From the NCBI GenBank assembly GCA_031962025.1, contig JAVRKW010000002.1: a stretch of 64,000 nucleotides of DNA; one strand, written 5' to 3'. Shown one piece after another: positions 17,538 through 27,652 of the stretch (its first letter is position 1; each line of letters begins with the position of its first letter). The stretch is from Pseudothermotoga sp. GTDB taxonomy: Bacteria > Thermotogota > Thermotogae > Thermotogales > DSM-5069. Made by a program: the position numbers and the translations under genes. The notes under the pieces are model-generated. The model searched no databases. It worked only from the letters and a program-made list of their open reading frames with translations, and was not told the origin of the DNA.

Positions 17538-19192
17538 TTTTTTGTCTCCCCCATGAGAAATTCAAAGATTTTTCTTGCCATCGGTGCGGCAGCTTCTCCT
17601 CCTCCGCCTGCATTCTCGAGCATAACTAAGACTATGAATTTTGGAGAATTCACCGGCGAGAATGCAACAAACCACGAATGTGATCTTTCACCCTTTTTAC
17701 CGGTTTCAGCAGTTCCCGTCTTGCCAGCCACATCGATGTTAAAGCCTTTGAATGCCTGATATGCTGTTCCCTCGTCGGCTGGATTACCGTTTGACTTTAC
17801 AACCTCTCTGAGAGAGTCTTTCAGAAAATCGATTGTACTTTGCTTGAGTGGGATTTTGTAAGATAATCCTTTTTCGAATTCGTAGATTTTCTTACCTTGC
17901 TGGTTTTTGACGTGATCAAGCACATGAGGACGATAGCAGGAAGCATCGTTAGCTATCGTGTTGAAAAAATTGAGGACCTCAATGGGCGTGAGATTGATAA
18001 AACTCTGTCCTATTCCGCACAGTATCGTATCACCCGGATACCAGGGCTCTTTGTAGGTGTTGTATTTCCAGTTTGGATCCGGGTACAACCCTCTGCGCTC
18101 AGCCGGTAAATCTATTCCGGTGAGTTGATCGATCATGAAAAGATTTGCGTACTGTTTCATTCTTTCAATACCAAGCTCCAAGGCTAAATTGTAGAAAAAC
18201 ACATTGCACGAGACTCTGATAGCCTTTTTCAGATCGGTCACGCCGTGTCCAGATATATACCAATCTCTATACAAACCCAGAGATCTTCCAGAACTTCCGA
18301 TGTACTCATAGTATCCTTTGCAATCGACGGTTTTGCCAAGATCTGGATTATTTTCCAAATATGCAATGGCATAGAGCGGTTTTATGATAGATCCAGGTGG
18401 ATAGGTCGCACTGATTGCCCTGTTCAAAAGAGGGCTTTTGGGATCATTTGAGATCTGTATCCATTGTCTTTGATCGATATTCAGAAGCATGTTTGGATCA
18501 AAACTTGGAAAAGAAGCCATTGCGAGAATTGAACCATCTTTTGCTGACTGGACAATGACAGCACCGGCGTGGTTGAAACTGCTCAAAAGTCTCTGGACAT
18601 ACTCTTGAAGCTTTGAATCTATCGTCAATACAACGTCATTTCCTGCAAGTGGTACTGCCTGTAAAAATCTTCCAGTGACTCCACCCGATACCGATACGCT
18701 CACCAGCTCGTAACCATCCTGACCTTTCAGGTACGAATCGTACTGCTTTTCTACTCCAGATACTCCATATCTATCGGCACTGATATAGCCAACAACATGA
18801 GGTGCCAGGTTACTGTAACGCCTCACATATTTTCTGAAGACTAAGACGCCTGCTTTTTCGAGTTTCATTGCCTCAGCCTCAGTTACCTGTATCTCTTCAC
18901 CGAGTATCAATTTCAACTTTCTTTCCTGTCCCAGTATTTCGCCAACTTTCTCAACATCTAAGGAACCAGTTGATCTTGCAACCAAGATCTCTTCGTCCCA
19001 TGCGAGTAATACACCGTCCCTGGTCAGTATTTTTCCCCTCGGAGCATCGATTTTTCTCACATAAACTTTAAGTGACTCTATGTATTCAAGATGGGATTTA
19101 TGTTGAATGACTTGAAGTACAAAGGCTCTGATCAGTAAAACAACGAATGGAACAGTCATCATCAGATAAATCACTGCTTTAAGCCTTTTCAA
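17534..19192 (-). CDS. mrdA: Class B penicillin-binding protein (PBP2/MrdA-like)
   Basis: N-terminal TM, APRGKI, SxxK (GSIIK), SxN (SCN), KTG (GKTGTAE). Confidence 0.9.
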   Translation of the reverse strand: MKRLKAVIYLMMTVPFVVLLIRAFVLQVIQHKSHLEYIESLKVYVRKIDAPRGKILTRDGVLLAWDEEILVARSTGSLDVEKVGEILGQERKLKLILGEEIQVTEAEAMKLEKAGVLVFRKYVRRYSNLAPHVVGYISADRYGVSGVEKQYDSYLKGQDGYELVSVSVSGGVTGRFLQAVPLAGNDVVLTIDSKLQEYVQRLLSSFNHAGAVIVQSAKDGSILAMASFPSFDPNMLLNIDQRQWIQISNDPKSPLLNRAISATYPPGSIIKPLYAIAYLENNPDLGKTVDCKGYYEYIGSSGRSLGLYRDWYISGHGVTDLKKAIRVSCNVFFYNLALELGIERMKQYANLFMIDQLTGIDLPAERRGLYPDPNWKYNTYKEPWYPGDTILCGIGQSFINLTPIEVLNFFNTIANDASCYRPHVLDHVKNQQGKKIYEFEKGLSYKIPLKQSTIDFLKDSLREVVKSNGNPADEGTAYQAFKGFNIDVAGKTGTAETGKKGERSHSWFVAFSPVNSPKFIVLVMLENAGGGGEAAAPMARKIFEFLMGETKK

Positions 19193-19592
19193 GGTTAATC
19201 CTCCAGATTGACATGGACAGTATACTCAGTATTATCGTCATGATCAAGGACGAGCCTTCAAAAAATAAAAGCACAGTAACAGCTATATTGTAGAGCAAAA
19301 ATGGAATGAATGGTTTGAGAAAGTATTCCCTTGTCGTGATAAAAAAAACGTAAGTTGCAAATATCATTAAATGAAAAAAATTCTGGCTCTGGAAACACAG
19401 TGCCGAGTGAATTGTTAAGATCACCATAACTCTCACAATACTCACAATCGATGAGAATATGAGGTACTCAACGGCAAGATAGGGTATGAGTAAGGTGAAC
19501 AGATCAAAATAGGCACTGTCAACGGCTAAGACAAGAACTCCAAAAACATATATTCCAAGTTTTCGCCAGTAAATGCCGTTCACTTGCTTCAC
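19179..19592 (-). CDS. Hypothetical multi-TM membrane protein (MreD-like position); start may be GTG 19583
   Basis: Very hydrophobic ORF overlapping the PBP2 start. Confidence 0.7.
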   Translation of the reverse strand: MKQVNGIYWRKLGIYVFGVLVLAVDSAYFDLFTLLIPYLAVEYLIFSSIVSIVRVMVILTIHSALCFQSQNFFHLMIFATYVFFITTREYFLKPFIPFLLYNIAVTVLLFFEGSSLIMTIILSILSMSIWRINLEKA

Positions 19593-19608
19593 CTGCTTAC
19601 ATTATATT

Positions 19609-20580
19609 TTAGTATTCCTGCTCGGGATCAACGGGGTTGATTATTTCACCCGTTCTTAAGAACGTCTCCAATATGTTAAACGTCTCGTTCATGAGTCCAT
19701 CGCTTCCCTGTTGAGTGTAACCACCGACATGAGGTGATAGAACGACATTTTTAAGCGTGTTGAATGGATATCTGCTGGGCAGTGTGACTTCGTCGGTGTT
19801 TCTGGGATACAGATACCAGGTGTCTATGGCTGCTCCTGAAAGGATCCCATCTCTGAGGCTCTGGAAAAGTGCTTTTTCATCAATTATCTCGCCTCTTGAT
19901 ACGTTTATCAGGTATTTTCCTTTCATTTTGTGAAGCCTTTCGGCATCGAATAAGTTTCTGGTTTGTTTTGTCAGCGGAAGGGTTATGAAAATCACATCAC
20001 TAACTTCAACTGCCCAATCCAGATCTGATGTTATATTCGAATGCTCTTTTGGAGCGGATTTTCTGACTCCTATGATCTGACAGCCAAAAGGTTGCAACAA
20101 CTTGGAAAGTTCCTCGCCTATATGCCCCATGCCCACGATACAAACCGTTTTGTTTCTGAGTGAACACCAGTGATCTTCTTCAACAGAACCAACTGAATAA
20201 CCATGCCAGACACCGTATCTGAGATCTCTATCGAATTCGACAACCCTTCCAAGAAGTGCCAGCGCCAGAGCCAGTGCCCTTTCGGCAACGGCAGGCGCAT
20301 TGGCATGACAGTTGCTAACCATTACTTTCTTTTTCCTGATTGCTTCCCAGTCGAGTGCATTCACACCAGCCATCGGCACGATTATCAATTTGAGTCTTGA
20401 AGACTCGATTTCTTCCTTGGAAAGCCTTGCAGAAACAACAACATCGGCGTCTTTTATGAGCAAGCGAGGCGATGGATTTGAAAAATATCCCTCAAAATGA
20501 ACATTCCGATGAAGGTCTTTGAGTTCTTTTATCTTAGCCAGCCATTTATCGTTGATTCTGTTCAGAAAAAGCACCAGCAT
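19609..20580 (-). CDS. D-isomer-specific 2-hydroxyacid dehydrogenase
   Basis: GMGHIG Rossmann fold, LPLTKQT, NVSRG, SPHVGG. Confidence 0.92.
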   Translation of the reverse strand: MLVLFLNRINDKWLAKIKELKDLHRNVHFEGYFSNPSPRLLIKDADVVVSARLSKEEIESSRLKLIIVPMAGVNALDWEAIRKKKVMVSNCHANAPAVAERALALALALLGRVVEFDRDLRYGVWHGYSVGSVEEDHWCSLRNKTVCIVGMGHIGEELSKLLQPFGCQIIGVRKSAPKEHSNITSDLDWAVEVSDVIFITLPLTKQTRNLFDAERLHKMKGKYLINVSRGEIIDEKALFQSLRDGILSGAAIDTWYLYPRNTDEVTLPSRYPFNTLKNVVLSPHVGGYTQQGSDGLMNETFNILETFLRTGEIINPVDPEQEY

Positions 20581-20591
20581 TTGACCACTCC

Positions 20592-21437
20592 TCAGTAAAG
20601 ATGCAGAACCATCTCAAGTTGTGTCAGGACCGTTTGAAAACCAATTTTGATCGCAGCGCTGTACAAAGGATCGTCCTCAGGCACATTAGCAATTGAACAG
20701 ATGTTTTTGTTTTCAACATCACAAACATAGCTGACAGCTTCGCTGAGCAGTGGAACATACGATTCTCTGTTCTTTACAGGTGCACAGTCAACTATGAAGG
20801 CGTTCTTCTCGGTCGAACCCCAGACAACATATCCCTGGTCCTTTAGCAGGTTTGTTCTTGCCATCTTGTACCTGCTGCTTGCCAGTAAAAGAGTGGCTGG
20901 TTCGCGTTGCCAGTTGAGATGTCTTGAAAGATTTATCATGGCTTCTACAGAAGCTTGATGAATCCATCTTGGATCGACTTTGAAGAAAGACACTTTTCTC
21001 ACGGGTTCAGGATTTTCCTTTACCATCGTGAACAGTTTTCTTGTGGTTCTAAAGCCGTTTTTTTCATAGAATCTGATTGCCCTTGCCTCGGTCTCCAGAA
21101 CCTCCAATACGACTGTCTCAGCCTTTCTCCATCTGAGTGCTTCAAGGGCGTGCTCCAGAATTCTGTATGCAAGCCCGCTTCCCCTTTCTTCTTTCACAAC
21201 TCCCATGGAATCAATTCTTCCTCTGTTTTTTCTCAGACAGCACACGACAAACCCAACAGGTCTATCGTTTTTGAGAAACACGAAGGAATCGGTGAAAGAA
21301 ATGGAATTTTCTCGAGCATCAAGGTTGAAGCTCAGAATATCCCAGTTAATTGGCACCGGATAATCGCTGAAAATTTCATTGACAAGATCGAGAAACCTTA
21401 CAACAGGAAACTCCGCCAACAACTTGACGGATTCCAT
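20592..21437 (-). CDS. GNAT family N-acetyltransferase (probably tandem GNAT)
   Basis: MGVVKEERGSGLA acetyl-CoA motif, LEVLETEARAIRFYEKNGF. Confidence 0.88.
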   Translation of the reverse strand: MESVKLLAEFPVVRFLDLVNEIFSDYPVPINWDILSFNLDARENSISFTDSFVFLKNDRPVGFVVCCLRKNRGRIDSMGVVKEERGSGLAYRILEHALEALRWRKAETVVLEVLETEARAIRFYEKNGFRTTRKLFTMVKENPEPVRKVSFFKVDPRWIHQASVEAMINLSRHLNWQREPATLLLASSRYKMARTNLLKDQGYVVWGSTEKNAFIVDCAPVKNRESYVPLLSEAVSYVCDVENKNICSIANVPEDDPLYSAAIKIGFQTVLTQLEMVLHLY

Positions 21438-21452
21438 CCGACCACCACCTTA

Positions 21453-21863
21453 TCAGATAGAGATATTAAGATGGTTATCTTTGTCCTGCTTTGGTGTGTT
21501 TGCGACAGATTTCATAGCTATTCTCCAGGCATCTAACAATTCCTCAAAATAACCCAGAACTTCGTCTATTTTTTGCATCTCTTTTTTCACAGATGCTTCT
21601 ATCAGTGTTCTGTACATATAACTGTACAACGATCTCAACCCCTTGGCTATTTCTCCGCCTCTTTCAATATCAAGTGAGATGTTCAATTCAGTGACTATGT
21701 CCTGAACCCTTTTGATTTTCTCGTTTGTGGTGATAAAATCGTTTTTACTCAAAGCCTCTTTGGCATTTTTGAGAAGCTCTATGGCTTTTTCATACATCAT
21801 CTCGATCAGTTTTGCCGGGCTGGCGGTTTTCACTGCATTTTCTATGTAGTAATCTTTCATCAT
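21453..21863 (-). CDS. fliS: Flagellin export chaperone FliS
   Basis: VKTASPAKLIEMMY, SLDIERGGEIA..L.SLY.YM, ELLDAW. Confidence 0.95.
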   Translation of the reverse strand: MMKDYYIENAVKTASPAKLIEMMYEKAIELLKNAKEALSKNDFITTNEKIKRVQDIVTELNISLDIERGGEIAKGLRSLYSYMYRTLIEASVKKEMQKIDEVLGYFEELLDAWRIAMKSVANTPKQDKDNHLNISI

Positions 21864-22441
21864 TGTGAGTGCACCTCCCTGATTTTGGAAAGAACAACTT
21901 CAAAGAATTCCTGATAGAACTTCAAAACTATCGCAAGATCGTTTTCGACGGAGTTCGCTATTTCTGAAATGTCCTGCTTTTCCAGGGTGGCGAGAAATTT
22001 TTTCAATCTGAGCAGTATACCTGATGTGTCGATATCGGGTATTTCTATTATTCTGTAAACGCTCTGTCTGAGATTGTCCAAAGCCGAGATACTCTCCGAT
22101 ATGCTCTCTATGTCTTTGAAAGATTTTGGTTGGCCGGATCTGAGTGAGCGAGCGACGGATGGTAACAGTCCTGTGGCGGTTTTTATGTATTCGAGTATGC
22201 CCGGTAGAATTTCACTCAGGTATTCAATCGGTGTGGAAAATTCCATGATGATCTCTGTGTTTTCTTCGAGCAGAGAATCTCTCAATTCGGAAACCTTCTG
22301 GGTCGGAATTTGAACTTTATCGATTATCAAGGACTTCAGCACCTTATCCTTTGGAGATACTTCATCGTACAGTTTGCCAAAGGTCACAAAATCTTTTGCC
22401 TGAAAACTCATCTGCTTTCCGTTCAATATGACTGTAACCAT
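21860..22441 (-). CDS. Hypothetical protein upstream of fliS
   Basis: 193-aa ORF abutting the NUDIX stop and overlapping the fliS start. Confidence 0.75.
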   Translation of the reverse strand: MVTVILNGKQMSFQAKDFVTFGKLYDEVSPKDKVLKSLIIDKVQIPTQKVSELRDSLLEENTEIIMEFSTPIEYLSEILPGILEYIKTATGLLPSVARSLRSGQPKSFKDIESISESISALDNLRQSVYRIIEIPDIDTSGILLRLKKFLATLEKQDISEIANSVENDLAIVLKFYQEFFEVVLSKIREVHSQ

Positions 22442-22981
22442 TCAGATCACTCCTTTTTCTTTTGCCAGAAAGACTAAGGACAGAGTCTTTGCATCGACGA
22501 TTTTTCCACTCAAGCACATATTCAAAACCTCGTCTGGTCTGAATATTTCTACCTTGAGCAACTCGTCCTGATCTAGATTCTGCTCGGTCTTTACGAGATT
22601 TTCAGCCACGTACAGGTGAATTTTTTCATTGGAAAAACCGGGTGTTGTGAAAATGTATCCCATATATTCAAGTTTTTGAGCCCTGTATCCTGTTTCTTCC
22701 TCAAGTTCTCTTAAAGCACATGCCTCTGGCAATTCGTTCTCATCGAGCTTGCCAGCGGGAACCTCAATAAGCTCTGCACCGACAGGGTACCTGAACTGCT
22801 TCACCAGAACAACGTTGCCATCTGCCAGGACTGGCAGCACAGCAACAGCACCTGGATGCATGACTACTTCACGTGTCGATCTGTACCCATTTTGTAAAAG
22901 AACCTCGTCAACTTTGACTGTCAAAATCCTGCCTTTGAAAATCTGCTGGCTCTTTAATACCTTTTCGGACAAAATTCTCAC
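22442..22981 (-). CDS. NUDIX hydrolase (ADP-ribose pyrophosphatase-like)
   Basis: REVVMHPGAV, QFRYP, Nudix box GKLDENELPEACALRELEEETG, DAKT. Confidence 0.93.
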   Translation of the reverse strand: MRILSEKVLKSQQIFKGRILTVKVDEVLLQNGYRSTREVVMHPGAVAVLPVLADGNVVLVKQFRYPVGAELIEVPAGKLDENELPEACALRELEEETGYRAQKLEYMGYIFTTPGFSNEKIHLYVAENLVKTEQNLDQDELLKVEIFRPDEVLNMCLSGKIVDAKTLSLVFLAKEKGVI

Positions 22982-25900
22982 TCCTTGACAGCTATATTTT
23001 CTATCTCAACAGGTACGATATTTGACACACCGTCGATCATCGTGACTCCGTGCAATAGATCGGCAGATTCCATAACGACTTTGTTATGCGTTATTACTAT
23101 GAACTGAGCCTTTTTCGAGCCGTCTTCCAGCAATCTTTTGAACCTTTCTGCGTTGAATTCATCCAAAGGAGCATCGATTTCGTCAAGAACATAAAACGGA
23201 CTTGGTTTGACTTCGAGCAGTGCAAAGAGCAAAGCTATGCCGACAAGTGCCTTTTCTCCTCCAGAAAGTAACTGTAGCTTTTGGATTCTCCTTGAAGGCT
23301 TTTTGACACAGATCTCTATACCCGCTTCGAGAATATCTTTACCCGGCTCGATTTTTATTTCTCCTTCACCGCCTGCAAAGAGCAGTGAGATGAAGTAGTT
23401 GAATTTCGTGTTTACCTGTTCGTACACATCAAGCAGTCTGTTTCTCGCCTCTTCATCTGTTCGCCTGATCAGATCGTTTATTTTTTCTTTTGCTTCATTT
23501 AGATCATTTCTCTGAAGTACAAGATCGTTGTACTTATTTTCCACCTGGTTGTATTCATCTATTGCAAGTAAATCAACAGGACCGAGGTATTTTATCTTGT
23601 TCTGCAGGTCCTCCAGTTCGTTTTTCAGTGATTCCAGCTTCTCTTGATCGACTTCTTCTATTTGAAGGGCTGTTTGCTCTTCTATTTCAACAAGGATTTG
23701 CTCTATCCTGTTTTGAACTTCCTGAATAGACAGTTCAAGATGGTGCAGATATTCTCTTGATTTTTCACGTTCATCTTTGATCTGCTGCATCTTTTTTTCC
23801 AGTTCATCGAGCTGAGCCAGTTTTTGGTCTTTATCACTTCTCTGCATTCTCATCGTTTCAAAAAGATTTTCCGTTTCTTTCTTGACTGTTTCCAATTCCT
23901 GCTGGTTTTCAAGCAATATGTTTTTCAAGCGATCGATTTCTTTTTCGATTTCCTCTGACTGTGCTGAAAGCTGCATAGATTCCTCTTTTAGTTTTTGTTT
24001 CTGTTCTCTTAGTCTGGATAATTCAGACTCATAGTGTAATTTTCTCTCCATCAAATTGGTAACCTCGGCTTTCAGTTGCGAATATTGCGTCGAAATTTCT
24101 TCAAGCGTTTGTTTTTCGAAGGCTAACTGTTCATCAAAATTTCTCAGCTCGGATTCATAAGACGAAATTTTTCCAGAGAGCTCTTCGAGTTCTGAGAGGA
24201 TTTTTTCCCGTCTAATCTGCATTCCTTCTGACTTGATCGTGTAATTTTTTTTCAACTGTTCCAAGGAGTTGATCTCTTTGCTGAGCTCTTCAACTGTTTT
24301 GCTAAGCTCTTCAATCATTCTCTTTGTTGAACTACCTTCGGCAATAACACTGGTGAGCTCTCTTTCAGCGAGTCTTTCCTGATTTGACAGGGTCTGAATT
24401 TCCTGGTCGATCTGGGAAAGTTTTTGCTGGTGCAGTTTTTCGAGAGAAGATAGTTCCAGTCTTTGATTTGCAATTTCATTGAGTCTCAATTTTCTCTTTA
24501 CAAGTGAGTCTGTTCTTTCAACTTCAATTTCACCGCCTGTTATCGAACCGTGCTGTCCTATTATCTCACCATTCAAGGTTGCTATACGGCACCTGACTTT
24601 ATAGCGCTTTTTTATGTCAACAGCATCGTCGAGTGTCTTGACTATGATATCGTTGCCGAAAAGATAGCCTGGAAGAGCCATGAATTGCTGGCTTACTCGC
24701 ACGATCTGCGCCGCATATCCAATGAAACCCGCATGGCGCTCGATTTCTCTCATACCGCTGAAATGAGATTCTATCAGATCAAGCGGCAGAAAGGTAACAC
24801 GCCCGACTTTCTGAGTGTTCAACCACTCAATGACCTTCTTGGCTGTATTGGCATTATCGACCACTACATGCTGTACGGCACCGCCAAGGAGCACTTCTAT
24901 GGCTTTGGCGTACTCTGCCGGGAAGTTCACCAAGTTACCCACCACATCGTAAACACCATCCAATTCTCCTTGAGCTTTTTTTGCGAAAATAGCTCTAACA
25001 GATCTGGTGTAACCCTCGTAGGTTTGTATCCTGTATTTTATTTTTGATTCTTCCTCATCGAGATTTTTCATCACTCGCTTGATGTTGTCCAGCTGTTCCA
25101 AGGTCGACCTTTTTTCATTTGAAAGTTCTGAAAGCCTTTCTCTGATGGACTGTAACTCTTTTGCGAGTGAGGCTTCTCTGTCACCCGCTGTTTTCAATTT
25201 TTCCAGCAGAGCTGAGAGTTCCTCTTGAAGACCAGATAATCTTTTCATTTTGAGATCGAGCTGTGAGTCTACCATCGATATGCGTTTGGATAAATCCTCG
25301 AGTCCTTCCTCAATTCTGGAAAGTTCACTTTCCAGAGACAATTTTTCCTTATTTGCAAGATCGCTTTTTTCCTTCAACGCAAGCAGTTGCTTTTCTTTTT
25401 CTGAGTACCTTGAAACCAGTTCATTTCTCTTTTCTTCGACCTTCGTTAACTCATTCTCTTTGGCTCCAATTTCATCTATCAGCCCTTTAAAAATGAGGTT
25501 GAGTTCCTCACTTCTTTTGTCAATCGCCGCTATCTGTTCCTTGGCTGAATCAAGGCGGGTGGTCGTCTCAACGAATTTGGTTTCTCTTTCGTTCAGCCTT
25601 CTTGTGTACATTTCTCTGAGTTCCATCAGGGTGGTTTGACGCTTTTTGTAATCCTCCAACAGATTTGTGAAATTTTCGATCTCTCTGTCAACATTTGCAA
25701 ACTCCTGTTTCAGAGTAGACCAGTTTGTTTCTATGTTCAGCAGTTGTTTTTGAAGGTCTTTGATCTTTTCCATGGTCTGGCTATGCTGGTTTTGAAGGTG
25801 GTTTAATCTTTTCTTCTCTTTTTTGAATACGTTTCCATAGTACAGTTTCTTTACCTGTTGAAGTCTTGATGAATACTCCTGGTAACGTTCGGCTCTTTTG

Positions 25901-26505
25901 GCTTTCAAATACAGCGATTTTCTCTGCCTGTCGTATTCATAGATCAAATCCTGCACACGCGACAGATTGGCATTCACAACCTCAAGTCTTGCCATCGATT
26001 CTTTCTTTTTCTCACGGTATAAAGCTGTTTCTGCTGCTTCTTCGAGTAACAGCCTCAGCTCCTCGGCAGAAGCATTCACAATTCTTTCGATCTGTCCCTG
26101 ACCGGCTATGGAGTAGAATTCTTTACCAACACCTGTGCCGATGAATTTCTCGTGTATGTCTTTCAACCTGACGGTTTCACCGTTGAGCATGTACAAGTTC
26201 TTACCGTCATTTGTCAGCATTCGTGATACGATGATTTTTTCATTTTCATTTTCAAACACGATTTCGACATAAGCACTCGAAGCGGCGGGCATCGTACTTG
26301 ATCCTGCAAAGATCACGTCGTATTTTTCATCTGCTCTGAGCTGTTTCATTGATTGCTCACCAAAGACCCATCTTATTGCATCGACTATATTCGACTTTCC
26401 TCCGCCATTTGGACCAACGATAGCTGTAATTCTGTCTGCGAAGTACAGCTTGGTTGGTCTGGCAAAAGACTTAAAGCCGTGCAGGGTCATGCTTGCGAGC
26501 TTCAT
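22978..26505 (-). CDS. smc: Chromosome segregation protein SMC
   Basis: GFKSFA, GPNGGGKSN, long coiled coils, hinge GRVTFLPL..GSITGG, LSGGEKAL, LDEIDAPLD; start reassigned to ATG 26505. Confidence 0.98.
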   Translation of the reverse strand: MKLASMTLHGFKSFARPTKLYFADRITAIVGPNGGGKSNIVDAIRWVFGEQSMKQLRADEKYDVIFAGSSTMPAASSAYVEIVFENENEKIIVSRMLTNDGKNLYMLNGETVRLKDIHEKFIGTGVGKEFYSIAGQGQIERIVNASAEELRLLLEEAAETALYREKKKESMARLEVVNANLSRVQDLIYEYDRQRKSLYLKAKRAERYQEYSSRLQQVKKLYYGNVFKKEKKRLNHLQNQHSQTMEKIKDLQKQLLNIETNWSTLKQEFANVDREIENFTNLLEDYKKRQTTLMELREMYTRRLNERETKFVETTTRLDSAKEQIAAIDKRSEELNLIFKGLIDEIGAKENELTKVEEKRNELVSRYSEKEKQLLALKEKSDLANKEKLSLESELSRIEEGLEDLSKRISMVDSQLDLKMKRLSGLQEELSALLEKLKTAGDREASLAKELQSIRERLSELSNEKRSTLEQLDNIKRVMKNLDEEESKIKYRIQTYEGYTRSVRAIFAKKAQGELDGVYDVVGNLVNFPAEYAKAIEVLLGGAVQHVVVDNANTAKKVIEWLNTQKVGRVTFLPLDLIESHFSGMREIERHAGFIGYAAQIVRVSQQFMALPGYLFGNDIIVKTLDDAVDIKKRYKVRCRIATLNGEIIGQHGSITGGEIEVERTDSLVKRKLRLNEIANQRLELSSLEKLHQQKLSQIDQEIQTLSNQERLAERELTSVIAEGSSTKRMIEELSKTVEELSKEINSLEQLKKNYTIKSEGMQIRREKILSELEELSGKISSYESELRNFDEQLAFEKQTLEEISTQYSQLKAEVTNLMERKLHYESELSRLREQKQKLKEESMQLSAQSEEIEKEIDRLKNILLENQQELETVKKETENLFETMRMQRSDKDQKLAQLDELEKKMQQIKDEREKSREYLHHLELSIQEVQNRIEQILVEIEEQTALQIEEVDQEKLESLKNELEDLQNKIKYLGPVDLLAIDEYNQVENKYNDLVLQRNDLNEAKEKINDLIRRTDEEARNRLLDVYEQVNTKFNYFISLLFAGGEGEIKIEPGKDILEAGIEICVKKPSRRIQKLQLLSGGEKALVGIALLFALLEVKPSPFYVLDEIDAPLDEFNAERFKRLLEDGSKKAQFIVITHNKVVMESADLLHGVTMIDGVSNIVPVEIENIAVKE

Positions 26506-26524
26506 ACCCACCATCCCCCAGTTC

Positions 26525-27652
26525 TCACAGAGAATAGACCATCCTGCCACAGACAAAGGTTGCAATGACGTTCAGGTTCTCGTCCAATGCAACAATATCC
26601 GCGTTTTTTCCCGGTGTTATTTTGCCAGAGTTCAGATTGCTCGATCTTGCGGCTGACTGGGTAGCCATCTGTATGGCATCTTTTACAGGCACATCCAGTT
26701 TGAAAACCACATTCCTGACTGCCTCATCCAGCGTTAAGGTGCTTCCTGCAAGGCTCTGATCTTGCACGGTCCTTGCGATTTTATCCTTAACGACGACCGA
26801 AAGCCCGCCGAGCGAATACTCTCCATCCTCAAGGCCGGTTGCCGCCATTGAGTCTGTGATCAGCACACATTTAGCCGGACCTTTCGCATTTATGACCAGT
26901 TTCGTCGTGGCAGGGTGAAGATGAATCATATCGCAGATGATTTCGCAAAAAACCCTCCTGTCTGTGAGCACTGCACCGATTACACCCGGATCTCTGTGCG
27001 AAAAACTTCTCATCGCGTTAAAAACATGGGTTGCTCTCGTGCAGCCATTTTCTATTGCAATCATAGCCTGGTCGTATGTCGCATTTGTGTGCGCTATTGT
27101 TGTGACTATCTTTTTCTTTTTCAGAAAGTTCAAAACCTCTCTGGAACCTTCCAGCTCAGGTGCAATGGCGAAAACCTTTACAATATCTGCAAAGTTTTCG
27201 ATGAAATGTGACAGTTCTTCAAGATCCGGTTTTTTCAAAAGATCTTCTCTGTGTGCGCCTTTTTTTTCGGGGTTTAAATATGGACCTTCGATGTAAAGCC
27301 CTGCTGCTTTTGCGCCGGATGGTCGTAGTTCGATGAATTTCTTCAATGTCCGTGCTACTTGTGATATCTTTTCAAATGTATCTGAAACGGTTGTGGCTAA
27401 AAAGGTTGTCACACCGTGTTTTGCATAAAAGAGTGATAATTTTTGAAAATCGTCGACTGATGCGTTCATGATATCTATTCCAACTGCACCGTGAGTGTGA
27501 CTATCGATGAAACCCGGAGCGATCAGAGGAAAATACAGATCACAGTGTACCTTTGACTTTTTGATTTCTTCGACAAAGCCATTTTCTATTGTTAAACACA
27601 TCTCTTGATAAACCTTCTGTGGTGTAAAAAGTTTTTTGAATCCTATTCTCAT
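26525..27652 (-). CDS. nagA: N-acetylglucosamine-6-phosphate deacetylase
   Basis: PGFIDSHTHG, EGPYLN..KKGAH, THVFNAM, ITDSM, LAGS. Confidence 0.95.
   Translation of the reverse strand: MRIGFKKLFTPQKVYQEMCLTIENGFVEEIKKSKVHCDLYFPLIAPGFIDSHTHGAVGIDIMNASVDDFQKLSLFYAKHGVTTFLATTVSDTFEKISQVARTLKKFIELRPSGAKAAGLYIEGPYLNPEKKGAHREDLLKKPDLEELSHFIENFADIVKVFAIAPELEGSREVLNFLKKKKIVTTIAHTNATYDQAMIAIENGCTRATHVFNAMRSFSHRDPGVIGAVLTDRRVFCEIICDMIHLHPATTKLVINAKGPAKCVLITDSMAATGLEDGEYSLGGLSVVVKDKIARTVQDQSLAGSTLTLDEAVRNVVFKLDVPVKDAIQMATQSAARSSNLNSGKITPGKNADIVALDENLNVIATFVCGRMVYSL

Noticed and set aside
26506..26565. Longer ORF-track starts for smc (also SLBB 30561, rplU 39764, HDIG 45488, DUF2007 54800, 61358)
   Set aside because: They overlap neighbouring genes or lack an RBS; downstream starts match family N-termini and SD spacing.
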